Shown here piece by piece: positions 8,375 through 18,284 of a DNA stretch of 64,000 bases. Position 1 is the stretch's first letter; each line of letters starts with the position of its first letter. Location: contig DYJT01000008.1 in assembly GCA_020722965.1 (NCBI GenBank), positions 28,474 through 92,473 of the forward strand. The letters run 5' to 3'. The notes under the pieces are model-generated. The model was given only the letters and a program-made list of their open reading frames with translations. It had not been told where the DNA came from and ran no database searches. The DNA comes from Brachyspira murdochii (GTDB lineage: Bacteria > Spirochaetota > JAAYUW01). The position numbers were made by a program, and so were the translations under genes.

Positions 8375-10876
8375 ATGAAAAACAAGATAAAAAAACCAGA
8401 AATTTTAGCTCCAGCCGGCAGCTTTGAATCAGCAATTTATGCTTTTATGGCAGGAGCGGATGCAGTATATTTTGGTCTTACTTCATTTTCAGCAAGAAAA
8501 TTCGCCGTAAATTTCAATGAAGATCAGTACAGAAAACTTCTTGAATATTCAAGGAAAAACAATAAAAAGGTTTATTTAACGATTAATACACTAATATTTG
8601 ATGATGAACTACAAAATCTAATTAGAACTCTTAGATTTCTTAAACTTTTTACCCCTGATGCCATAATAGTTCAAGATATTGGTATTATTGATTTGATAAG
8701 AGAGTACCTGTATGATATTCCTATTCATCTATCTACACAGGCAGGAACCTATTCAAAATTTTCATATGATCTATTAAGTTTGTTAAAAGTAAAAAGAGTT
8801 GTTGTTGCAAGGGAATCTACTTTTTCAACAATTAAAAAATTAAAAGATCATTTTAAGAATATTGAAATCGAGGTCTTTATTCACGGTGCATTATGTTATT
8901 CTTTTTCCGGTTATTGTCTGGCTTCCGGAATACTTACAAATAGAAGCGGTAACAGGGGTGAATGTGCACAAATTTGCAGGAATTATTTTAATTTTGAAAA
9001 GTTTAAGAATTTAAATGATGTTAAATTAACTCCATTTTCATGCAATGATTTAAATTTACAAACAAAAATATTAGAGCTTTCTGAGATTGGTATAGATTCT
9101 TTTAAAATTGAAGGGAGGATGAAAAGTCCAGAATATACTTTTTATACAGTAAAATATTATAGAAATATTATTGATAAAAAACTTAATCCTATAGAAAGTT
9201 CAGAATTTTTAAAAGATTCAAAAACATCATTTTCCAGAATGCCAACTCTTGCTTATTTCAATGAAAGTCACGCGGAAAATTTGGTAAATCCTTTTTTGCC
9301 ATCACATCTAGGTATAATTGCAGGAGAAATCCTCGATATAAATAAGGATCAAATAAAGATAATCCTGAAGGAAAAGATAGCGATAAAGGATGGATTGCTT
9401 CTTATATTCAAATTTAACAGTAATTTTTTTACTTTCCCATTTTCGGTAGATTTTTTAAAAGTCAACAATAAGAACGAAATAAAGGCAGAAAAAGGTAAAA
9501 AAGCCATAATTTTATCTAATTCATTAAATGAGTTCTGGGACAAAATATTTAAAATTAAAGATTTTGATGATGTTCAGTTGAAAAAATTGATCAATGTTTC
9601 TAATATCGATCTATTTGATCCAGATTATTTCGATATAAACAAAATAAACAATAACAATTTTATATTTATAAGGAAAATATCAAATAGAGACAAAGATCTG
9701 AAAAAAATAAATGAAAACCTTTATGAAAAGATAAAATATAATATTACCATGGAAATAAATGCTAAAGTTGATGAAGAAGAAAATCAATTGAGTTCAAAAT
9801 CAAATTACCCATTTAACCTTTTATTTGAATATAAATTCAATATTCTTGATAAAATTTTTATTAAAACAATTTTAACAAAAGCTTTTTTTAAAACAGGTGA
9901 GAAATCATATTTTAATATTTTTAAAAATAGTTTTTCCAATTCCAGTAAAGAAGATAATTTTAAAATTTTCTTAAAGATAGATGAAAATAGTTCAATTTTA
10001 TTAGATAAGATTTTTATCCCTCCATCTTTAAATAAAAAATTTATAAATGAAATAAAGAACAACATCTTAGATGAATTTAATAAATTTGTAGATCCTCAAT
10101 CTTATTTAAACTCAAATCCATCGGAATTTTTAATTGGGGAAAACTTGAAAGAATTTGATGTAATCTTTGATTTTGATCAACAGAAGATTAAAGATGATAT
10201 TTTACTAAGATTAAAAGAAGATAAGGTTATAATAGATAATAAATTCAATAGAAAAAATATTTCGCCAAAAACCTATATACCAAATAATGAAGATGATAAG
10301 ATTGTCCCTTTTACATCCTTTGAACACCTAGTAGATTCCGATTTGCTTCAAAATGAACTAATTTATAAAAAGGGCAATATTGCTATTTTACCCTTACATC
10401 CAATAATTGAAAATGAAAAAAATTACATCGAAATGTTAGACAAACTTATTTTAAAAAATGAAAAACATATTTTTCTATTAGGAATTAATTCAACATGGCA
10501 TTTTTATTTATATAAAAAATATAATAAAAATAATAATGTTTTCTTTTTTTTCGATTTCTATATATATATTTCTAATAGATTTTCATATTCATATTATTCT
10601 AGATTTAATAAATCGGTTTTTGGCTTTCATTATATAGAAAATAATTCCAGCTTAAATATAAACACTAAACAAAACAATTTACCTCTTTTTAACATCACAG
10701 GTTTTAACCCTCCACTATTTTTAAGTAGAGGTTGTCTTCAAAAAAACATCTTTAATGCTAATAAATGTCTGGATAATTGTCCCAAAAAGTTTTTATATAA
10801 ACTTTATAATCAAAAAAATAGATTTTTGTATACAATAGATGAATGTATCTCTTATTTATTCAAAGTTAGAGATTAA
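8375..10876 (+). CDS. U32-family peptidase (collagenase-like/RlhA-type) with a ~500 aa low-complexity C-terminal extension
   Basis: The first ~330 aa match the U32 fold, including a Cys cluster (CYSFSGYC...C..C). The remainder is N/K/F/I-rich. Confidence 0.7.
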   Translation: MKNKIKKPEILAPAGSFESAIYAFMAGADAVYFGLTSFSARKFAVNFNEDQYRKLLEYSRKNNKKVYLTINTLIFDDELQNLIRTLRFLKLFTPDAIIVQDIGIIDLIREYLYDIPIHLSTQAGTYSKFSYDLLSLLKVKRVVVARESTFSTIKKLKDHFKNIEIEVFIHGALCYSFSGYCLASGILTNRSGNRGECAQICRNYFNFEKFKNLNDVKLTPFSCNDLNLQTKILELSEIGIDSFKIEGRMKSPEYTFYTVKYYRNIIDKKLNPIESSEFLKDSKTSFSRMPTLAYFNESHAENLVNPFLPSHLGIIAGEILDINKDQIKIILKEKIAIKDGLLLIFKFNSNFFTFPFSVDFLKVNNKNEIKAEKGKKAIILSNSLNEFWDKIFKIKDFDDVQLKKLINVSNIDLFDPDYFDINKINNNNFIFIRKISNRDKDLKKINENLYEKIKYNITMEINAKVDEEENQLSSKSNYPFNLLFEYKFNILDKIFIKTILTKAFFKTGEKSYFNIFKNSFSNSSKEDNFKIFLKIDENSSILLDKIFIPPSLNKKFINEIKNNILDEFNKFVDPQSYLNSNPSEFLIGENLKEFDVIFDFDQQKIKDDILLRLKEDKVIIDNKFNRKNISPKTYIPNNEDDKIVPFTSFEHLVDSDLLQNELIYKKGNIAILPLHPIIENEKNYIEMLDKLILKNEKHIFLLGINSTWHFYLYKKYNKNNNVFFFFDFYIYISNRFSYSYYSRFNKSVFGFHYIENNSSLNINTKQNNLPLFNITGFNPPLFLSRGCLQKNIFNANKCLDNCPKKFLYKLYNQKNRFLYTIDECISYLFKVRD

Positions 10877-12060
10877 TCGTTTTTATATAAAAGATCATAT
10901 ATTTCGGGATATCTTTCTTTGACTTCGGTTTTAGGTTTGTATAATCTATGAATAGAATGGGGATAAATTATTTCTTTATTAACAGTCGAAAGGTAGAAAT
11001 GTGGTTCCTTAAAATTTGGTTTCGTTGTCCATGTATATTTTGAATTAATATCAAAGTAAACAGAAGCAACTTTAATATTTTTATGATTTAAGTTTCTTCT
11101 TAACCCTTCTTTTAACTTATCTACGACAGGATTAACATAAATCCCGGCTTTAAAAGTAGTGTCGATAATCAATATCTTACTAGTATCATCTATTCTCTCA
11201 AGAAGATATGGTAGACCTATTATGTTGCTCTTATATGAAAGATGAGATGAGGATGTATTTATTGCTACATGGTCGGGGTTCTTTTTGGGATTACCATTTA
11301 ATTTGTTCAAGTATTTATATGTTTCATGGATATAAATACCGGAAATAACACCACCTGGCCATAGAGCTATTAAAAAATCTGGTTCAAAATCCGAATAAAA
11401 AATATTAACACCTAATTTAATTGAATCTTCTTGTATTTTTTCAGGTGTTAACCAAAGGTAGTCATTGTCTATATTAATTTCTTCCTCTGGGAATGATTTA
11501 CTGGTCAAAATTTTGAAGATATTTATTTTATTTTCTTTCAGCAAAGAATCTCTTTTATCAATTAAGAGATCAGAAATTTCGTGAGGATAATTTACCCAGC
11601 AATCTTTCTCATAGTCATTTAAATATATTAAATTAGTCTGGTATATATTTTTTTCGGGTTTTCTATCGAGAGTTGCCACATAAATTTGATGTGGCATATT
11701 TTTCCTTGTCTGTTTTTTAAGTAAAGAAATTAAATGAGATATGGTCTCACCTGTATCATAAATATCATCTATAATTAAGAGAATATCTTCTGGCACAACT
11801 ACTTTAATTACATGTTCTAGCCCTTTTACAATTATCTCTTTTTGCGTGAAGTCATCACCATATGTAGATGTTGTGATGGCAGTATGGTTTATAAATATAC
11901 CCTGTAATCTGAAATATTCATTTATTCCGATACCAACGATAGTTCCTCCGCGCCACAATGAAATCGCGTGATTTGGCCTAATATTTAAATTATAAAGTTT
12001 TTTACCTAATAAAAAGGATTCAAACATAACCTGTTTTGCTGATTTAAAAACAAAATTCAT
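10873..12060 (-). CDS. Tandem phosphoribosyltransferase-domain protein (two type-I PRTase-like halves)
   Basis: The first half has the PRPP-binding motif LLIIDDIYDTGETI. The second half has a degenerate copy (ILIIDTTFKAG). Confidence 0.55.
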   Translation of the reverse strand: MNFVFKSAKQVMFESFLLGKKLYNLNIRPNHAISLWRGGTIVGIGINEYFRLQGIFINHTAITTSTYGDDFTQKEIIVKGLEHVIKVVVPEDILLIIDDIYDTGETISHLISLLKKQTRKNMPHQIYVATLDRKPEKNIYQTNLIYLNDYEKDCWVNYPHEISDLLIDKRDSLLKENKINIFKILTSKSFPEEEINIDNDYLWLTPEKIQEDSIKLGVNIFYSDFEPDFLIALWPGGVISGIYIHETYKYLNKLNGNPKKNPDHVAINTSSSHLSYKSNIIGLPYLLERIDDTSKILIIDTTFKAGIYVNPVVDKLKEGLRRNLNHKNIKVASVYFDINSKYTWTTKPNFKEPHFYLSTVNKEIIYPHSIHRLYKPKTEVKERYPEIYDLLYKND

Positions 12061-12206
12061 TTTTACCCCTAATAATCTATAATAGATTTCTTTTTGATAT
12101 TTTATTTTTTTTTTTAATAATGTAAATAATTGATTTTATATATTACTTGACATATTTAACCGATGATGTTTTTTTGATTAAAAATAAGAACTTAAAAGGG
12201 AAAAAA

Positions 12207-13364
12207 ATGGCAAATACCTATTTATTTACTTCGGAATCAGTTGGGGAAGGACATCCCGATAAATTATGCGATCAAATTTCGGATGCGATATTAGATAAAG
12301 CTATTTCTTTACAACCAGATTCTAGAGTAGCTATAGAAACTTTTGCATCAAATGGTGTTATTGTCATTGGTGGAGAAATGACATTAAACAATGGATACAT
12401 TGATATTCAAGAAGTTGCAAGAGGGATAATCAAAAAAGTCGGTTATGATAATCCTGATTATGGTTTGGATTATAAATCCTGCGGGATTTTAACAAATATT
12501 AATAGACAATCTACAGATATAGCTTTAGGTGTTGATGAAAAACAAAATCATGAAATGGGAGCCGGTGATCAGGGGATGATGTTCGGCTATGCTTGTAAAG
12601 AGACAGAAGATTTAATGCCAGCACCAATTGTATTTGCTCACAAAATAATGTTAAGAGCTTCTGAAGCTAGGAAAAATGGTGAATTACCCTGTTTAAGACC
12701 TGATGGCAAATGCCAGGTTACAGTTGAATATAAAGATGGAGTTCCTCTACGGATCCATGCTGTTGTCCTATCTCATCAACATGACCCAGATATAGCTTAT
12801 GATCACTTAAAAGAAGAGCTTATTGAAAAAATAATAAAAAAGGCATTGCCCTTAAATATGCTAGATTCTAAAACAATTTACCTTATTAATCCAACGGGAA
12901 GATTTGTAATTGGTGGTCCTATGGGTGATACTGGTCTTACAGGAAGAAAAATAGTCGTGGATACATATGGTGGTGCCGGTAAGGTTGGTGGTGGTGCTTT
13001 TTCAGGAAAAGATCCAACGAAGGTAGATCGTTCTGCTGCATATATGGCAAGGTATATTTGCAAAAATATTGTTAAGGCAGATATTGCAGATAAATGTGAA
13101 ATCGAACTTGCATATGCCATAGGTATTGCTCACCCGGTATCTGTTACATTGAATTTTTTTGGAACAGGGAAATACCCAGAAGAGAAGGTAGAAAAGATAG
13201 TAGAAAATATTTTCCCATTAAAGCCCAAAGATATTATTGATTATCTTGATCTTCAAAAACCTATTTATCTTGAAACTGCAACTTTTGGTCACTTCGGAAG
13301 AAATAAATTTTCGTGGGAAAAAACCGATAAAGTAGAGGAGTTATTAAAATTCTTAAAGAAGTAG
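12207..13364 (+). CDS. metK: S-adenosylmethionine synthetase
   Basis: Strong MetK motifs (ESVGEGHPDK, GAGDQG, GGGAFSGKDPTKVDRS). I place the start at MANTYLFTSE with an RBS (aaaaGGGAaaaaa) just upstream. The track ORF starting at 12147 is probably an upstream in-frame extension. Confidence 0.9.
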   Translation: MANTYLFTSESVGEGHPDKLCDQISDAILDKAISLQPDSRVAIETFASNGVIVIGGEMTLNNGYIDIQEVARGIIKKVGYDNPDYGLDYKSCGILTNINRQSTDIALGVDEKQNHEMGAGDQGMMFGYACKETEDLMPAPIVFAHKIMLRASEARKNGELPCLRPDGKCQVTVEYKDGVPLRIHAVVLSHQHDPDIAYDHLKEELIEKIIKKALPLNMLDSKTIYLINPTGRFVIGGPMGDTGLTGRKIVVDTYGGAGKVGGGAFSGKDPTKVDRSAAYMARYICKNIVKADIADKCEIELAYAIGIAHPVSVTLNFFGTGKYPEEKVEKIVENIFPLKPKDIIDYLDLQKPIYLETATFGHFGRNKFSWEKTDKVEELLKFLKK

Positions 13365-13373
13365 GAAAGATAA

Positions 13374-15191
13374 ATGTCAACTAAATTACCTTCTTCTGAT
13401 ATTAAAAAAGAGATCAAAAAAAAATCTGAGAAGAAAATAAAAAAGCTTAAAAAAACTAATCTTTCTTTTTCAGATAAACTTAAAAGAGTTAAATACGCAT
13501 TAGATCGTAGAAATCTTAAAAGGACTTTCTGGAAAAAAATTAACGAAATTTTAGAGGGAAAAGATTTAAAAGCAGAAGAAAGTTCTTTTGCTGACTTTGA
13601 ACTACTTCTATTAAATCAAGCATATAAATTGGCAAAAAGATCAGATTATTTTTCCTATTTTGTAAATATTATTATTTCAATTGGAATTTATTCTGTTTAT
13701 TTTCTTATATTCAAAAATAATGAAACTTTTAAAGGTTTATTTTTTAACTTCGAAAACCAGCCTATAGATGTTGTTTATATTCTATTTTTAATAAATGCTA
13801 TAATCTTCAATCTTTCTCAAATTAGAGTATCTTCATATGAAATCTTTTCTTTGGATTATTCTCTTTTAATTCCTGTTACTTTTATTTATGGTCCAGTATA
13901 TTCTCTTTTAATGTTTTTATTAGTTTATTTAGTTAGAACAATAAGAGACTCCCGAAGAGGTTATATCGCTAGAGGTAAAAAATATAGATTCGAGAACTTT
14001 TTACAATCTTTGTCCTATTTTTCATCAAATGCAGCTTCTAAAGGTGCGGAAATATTGGCAATTTCACTTGGCGCATCAATATTCAGTATTTCAGTTATAG
14101 AGTTTAATCCTTCTTTATTGATCTTGATTTTGGCAATATTTATTCTCGCTCCAATAATACATGATTTTGTTACAATACTAGGAATAGCTGCTGATGGAAC
14201 ATATATTGGACATGTTGTCAATTTGAGTCTTTTAATCGGTATTGGTTTAGATACCCTAATATTATTAAATGGCTATCTTTATTACATTTTAACAAAAACA
14301 TTTGGTTATTATGGATTTGGGATGTTTTCCTTAATTTTTTACGGAATACTTATCGCTTTCATTAGATTATCCAATTACACAAAAATTGTTGAAGATCAAA
14401 AGAAGGAAATTGAACAAGAAAAGGCGGAATTATCAAAGTTAAATAATGAATTAACCAAGACAACAGAAGTACTTCAATCAAAATCAAAAGACAGTCTTGA
14501 TATAACCAGAGTAATAAGCATTCATGCAGAGAATGTAGGTCAACAATTTTTAAATGTAAAAGACAAACTTGAAAATCTTATCTCATCTTTATCTGATATA
14601 ACAAATGGATTTAAAGCGATTAACGACAAAACAGAGGAAGCATACATAAAACTTGAGCAATCAAAAGGGATTATTGTTGATTCATCAAAAATGCTTAAAG
14701 ATTTCAGAGATTCAACCGAAGTTGTAGACGAATCACTTACCTTAATAACCGAAATATCCGAACAGACAAACTTATTAGCCTTGAATGCTTCGATTGAGGC
14801 TGCTAGAGCCAAAGAAAGTGGAAAAGGTTTTGCGGTTGTAGCAGGAGAAATAAGAAAGCTAGCCGAAAAAACAACCGAATCTACAGAAAAAATCTATTCT
14901 GTCATTACGGCAAATTATAAAATTGTAGATAGATTAAAAAAGGTTTTTGATGAACTGTCATTATTATTTTTAAATTATCAAAATCAGATTAAATCTATTA
15001 AAGATAATTTAAACAAATTAATTTCTAGTTATGAAAATATAAACTCAAATATTTTTAAAATTGAAAACTCAATTGATGAATCTGTGACGACATTGAATAT
15101 ATTTAACAGCATATCCGATGAAATTACTTCTATTACAAATGAGTTAAAACTATTAAACCAAGAGTTAAAGACAAATACCGAAAAAAAATAA
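13374..15191 (+). CDS. Methyl-accepting chemotaxis protein with a multi-TM (about 7 helices) N-terminal sensor region
   Basis: C-terminal MCP signalling domain ([34 protein letters not shown]). Several hydrophobic helices lie between residues ~95 and 330. No obvious HAMP domain. Confidence 0.85.
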   Translation: MSTKLPSSDIKKEIKKKSEKKIKKLKKTNLSFSDKLKRVKYALDRRNLKRTFWKKINEILEGKDLKAEESSFADFELLLLNQAYKLAKRSDYFSYFVNIIISIGIYSVYFLIFKNNETFKGLFFNFENQPIDVVYILFLINAIIFNLSQIRVSSYEIFSLDYSLLIPVTFIYGPVYSLLMFLLVYLVRTIRDSRRGYIARGKKYRFENFLQSLSYFSSNAASKGAEILAISLGASIFSISVIEFNPSLLILILAIFILAPIIHDFVTILGIAADGTYIGHVVNLSLLIGIGLDTLILLNGYLYYILTKTFGYYGFGMFSLIFYGILIAFIRLSNYTKIVEDQKKEIEQEKAELSKLNNELTKTTEVLQSKSKDSLDITRVISIHAENVGQQFLNVKDKLENLISSLSDITNGFKAINDKTEEAYIKLEQSKGIIVDSSKMLKDFRDSTEVVDESLTLITEISEQTNLLALNASIEAARAKESGKGFAVVAGEIRKLAEKTTESTEKIYSVITANYKIVDRLKKVFDELSLLFLNYQNQIKSIKDNLNKLISSYENINSNIFKIENSIDESVTTLNIFNSISDEITSITNELKLLNQELKTNTEKK

Positions 15192-15195
15192 TTTT

Positions 15196-16239
15196 TTAAA
15201 TTTTATCTTCTACGATATTTATCATATTTTGAAGGGAAATTTTCCCCCATTTCTTATCTTCTTCGTTTAAATCTATAGCGAATTTTTCTGCTTTATTATC
15301 TTTAATATATAGTAAAAGCTGATATAAATTTTCAAGATTTATCTTTTGCATATTAGCACAATATGATTCTTTTATTGAAAAGATTTTTTTACCAGGATTT
15401 TCCATTTGCAATCTATTTACAAAAGTCGATTCTGTACCAACAGCCCAGATAGAGCCTTCTGCAGAATTATTTATAAGATTATAAATAAACTCAGTCGAGC
15501 CAGAATAATCGGCTAATTTCACTACCTCAACCTTTGATTCCGGATGAGCAACAATCTTGATTTCTGGAAATTGATTTCGTAATCTTATAATATCACTTTC
15601 CTGATAAACCTGATGGACCGGACAAAAGCTATTGTATAAAAATATATCAACATCCTTATAGTTTTCATTAGAATTTAATACAATCTCATCTCTTATAAAG
15701 ATATTTTTTGTCTTAACATCACCTATTTTAATAGCCGTATTAGAACCAAGATAGAAATCTGGAAGAAAGACTATTTTTTTATTCTTGCTTAAATAATATC
15801 TAACAATCTTTTCAGCATTGGATGAAGTGCAGCAACTTCCATCGTTTTTACCTGTAAACGCTTTAATATCTGCATAGGAGTTAACATATGTAACAGGAAC
15901 GACATCCAAATTTTGTTCAAATTTTAAAATATTGAAAACATCGTTTAAGTTTTTTAAGGATACTCTTTCTGCTAAAGGACACATAGCATTCATATTTGGA
16001 ATAAAAACATTTTGAAAATCCTGCGATAAAATCTTAACGGTTTCAGCCATGAATTTTACACCACATAAAATTATATTTTTCTTCATCGTAGTCGACGTTT
16101 TCTTAGCCAAAAGATAGGAATCACCTACAATATCTGCTAAATCTACGATATCTTTGTTTTGATAATGATGAGCGGCAATTATTAATTCATCTTTAAGTAT
16201 ATTTTTGATATCTATTATTTTTTCTTTAATAAATTCCAT
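15196..16239 (-). CDS. nadA: Quinolinate synthase
   Basis: 347 aa with NadA-like conserved Cys and His blocks. Adjacent to nadC. Confidence 0.85.
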   Translation of the reverse strand: MEFIKEKIIDIKNILKDELIIAAHHYQNKDIVDLADIVGDSYLLAKKTSTTMKKNIILCGVKFMAETVKILSQDFQNVFIPNMNAMCPLAERVSLKNLNDVFNILKFEQNLDVVPVTYVNSYADIKAFTGKNDGSCCTSSNAEKIVRYYLSKNKKIVFLPDFYLGSNTAIKIGDVKTKNIFIRDEIVLNSNENYKDVDIFLYNSFCPVHQVYQESDIIRLRNQFPEIKIVAHPESKVEVVKLADYSGSTEFIYNLINNSAEGSIWAVGTESTFVNRLQMENPGKKIFSIKESYCANMQKINLENLYQLLLYIKDNKAEKFAIDLNEEDKKWGKISLQNMINIVEDKI

Positions 16240-16253
16240 TTTTTAAACCTCTT

Positions 16254-17135
16254 TTATTTTATAAAATTCATAGAAAAATCAAAAACATTTACAGAATGGG
16301 TCAATGCTCCGATAGAGATATAGGTCGGTTTCAAACTCGCCAGAATCTGTATATTTTCTTCCTTTACATTACCAGATATTTCGGTTTCGACCTTATTGTC
16401 TATAATGCTAATAGCCTTTGTCATAGAATCTATGTCCATATTATCAAGCATGATCCTATCCACATTTAAATTTATAGCTTCTTTTACTTCTTCTATAGTT
16501 CTTGTTTCAACTTCAATCTTATACTTATCTTTATATTTTTTTCTAACTTTTTCTACTGCATTTTTTATCCCTCCAGCTGCATCTATATGATTATCCTTAA
16601 TTAAAATCATATCATAAAGTCCAAATCTATGGTTTATCCCTCCTCCACATCTGACAGCGTATTTGGCAAGAATTCTATAACCAGGAAGTATTTTCCTTGT
16701 ATCAAGTATCTTGGTGTTTTTACCTGTTAATTGCACAAATTTATATGTTTTTGTAGCTATTCCGCTTAAATAACCTAAAAGATTTAAAGCAGTTCTTTCT
16801 GCCTCGAGTAAAGACTTAATATTTCCTTCGATTTCTAAGATTATATCTTTATATTTTATCTTTTCTGCATCCTTTTTTTCTAGATTGAATTTACTATTTT
16901 TATCTACCATTTTAAATACAATTTTTGCCATATCGACACCACATAAGATCCCATCTTGCTTCGATATGATCTGACATCTTCCCTTCTGCTTTGAAAAAAT
17001 CGCTTTTGAAGTAATATCTTTTTCTCTTTTGAAATCCTCTTTTAATCCTATTTTTACAATTTTTTTTATATGTGAAATATTTTTTAAAAGCTCTTTATCC
17101 ATTTTTTTCCTCTTTTCCCACTTAAAATATATCAC
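16254..17135 (-). CDS. nadC: Nicotinate-nucleotide pyrophosphorylase (quinolinate phosphoribosyltransferase)
   Basis: 293 aa with typical NadC blocks (TRKILPGYRILAKYAVRCGGGINHRFGLYD, LIKDNH, IEVE). Confidence 0.85.
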   Translation of the reverse strand: MIYFKWEKRKKMDKELLKNISHIKKIVKIGLKEDFKREKDITSKAIFSKQKGRCQIISKQDGILCGVDMAKIVFKMVDKNSKFNLEKKDAEKIKYKDIILEIEGNIKSLLEAERTALNLLGYLSGIATKTYKFVQLTGKNTKILDTRKILPGYRILAKYAVRCGGGINHRFGLYDMILIKDNHIDAAGGIKNAVEKVRKKYKDKYKIEVETRTIEEVKEAINLNVDRIMLDNMDIDSMTKAISIIDNKVETEISGNVKEENIQILASLKPTYISIGALTHSVNVFDFSMNFIK

Positions 17136-17237
17136 TAAATAAATTAAAAATTCAAGGACAAAATCCGAAATATTAAAAATATATAAACTTATTTACGATA
17201 ATATTTGTAAATATGGGAGTTTTATTTTGAGGGAAAA

Positions 17238-18284
17238 ATGGATGACATAGAAAAGCTTAACCAAAAGTTAAGTGATTATAAATCTTTAATAGAAATCGGT
17301 CTTATAATATCTTCAGAGGGAGATATTAATTCAATATCTAAAGAAATCTGTTATGGTCTTATGGCTAAATATCAAATAGAATATGTTATTATTCTTCTTT
17401 TTCCCGATGAAGTACAAAAAGAGATGAAACTTTTTTCTTTTCATAATTTCCAGGAAAATCAAGATTCTTTGAGTATCAGTGATTTTAACCCTATTAGGAC
17501 TTTTTTTCTTTCTCATCCCAATCAGGTCGATTTTTCAACTTTTTCATTTTTGATCTCTGTTGATATTGTTACTCAATTTTTAAAATATAAACCAGAAATC
17601 CTTTTCCCTATAAAAACGACTGAAAATGTATTGGGTTTTTTGATGCTTTCAGAAAATCAAAATGGACAATACACCCAGGATGATATAGAGTATATATCAA
17701 ATGTAACTTCATTCGCTTCTGTAGCCATTCAAAATAAAAAAAATTACTTAAAGGCTATAACAGATTTGAAAACCGGTCTTTATATTTATACCTATTTTAT
17801 CCAGAGAATGAGCGAAGAGATAGAAATATTTAAAAGATATAATGATGTTTTTTCTGCTTTAATGCTTGATATAGATTATTTTAAGGAAATTAATGATACT
17901 TATGGACATTTAATTGGTGATCTAGCCCTAAATGAGCTTTCAAAGATTATTAAAAATAACATAAGGTTAAATATAGATATTCCAGCGAGATTTGGAGGTG
18001 ATGAATTTGCCGTTCTTTTCCCAAGAACATCTAATTTTGTTGCATTTCAAATAGCAGAAAGGATCAGAAAAAAGGTTAATCAATCTATCTTTTATTTCGA
18101 AGGGAAAGAGGTGAAATTCACCGTTTCTATAGGTGTTTCAACTATAGTTACTGGTATAAACAGTCCAGAAAATTTTATAAAGCTTTGCGATAAGGCTTTA
18201 TATTATTCCAAAAAAGCCGGGAAAAACAGAGTAACTTCATTTTATAATAATAAGTTTGGCGCTTATAAAATAGATAATGACTAA
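17238..18284 (+). CDS. GGDEF diguanylate cyclase with an N-terminal GAF-like sensor
   Basis: Intact active-site motif RFGGDEF, together with the LDIDYFKEINDTYGH block. Confidence 0.85.
   Translation: MDDIEKLNQKLSDYKSLIEIGLIISSEGDINSISKEICYGLMAKYQIEYVIILLFPDEVQKEMKLFSFHNFQENQDSLSISDFNPIRTFFLSHPNQVDFSTFSFLISVDIVTQFLKYKPEILFPIKTTENVLGFLMLSENQNGQYTQDDIEYISNVTSFASVAIQNKKNYLKAITDLKTGLYIYTYFIQRMSEEIEIFKRYNDVFSALMLDIDYFKEINDTYGHLIGDLALNELSKIIKNNIRLNIDIPARFGGDEFAVLFPRTSNFVAFQIAERIRKKVNQSIFYFEGKEVKFTVSIGVSTIVTGINSPENFIKLCDKALYYSKKAGKNRVTSFYNNKFGAYKIDND

Noticed and set aside
12061-12206. Possible SAM riboswitch in the metK leader
   Set aside because: The 146-bp leader is almost pure A/T with no SAM-I/SAM-II-like conserved stems. 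It looks like a plain promoter region (TTGACA at 12148).
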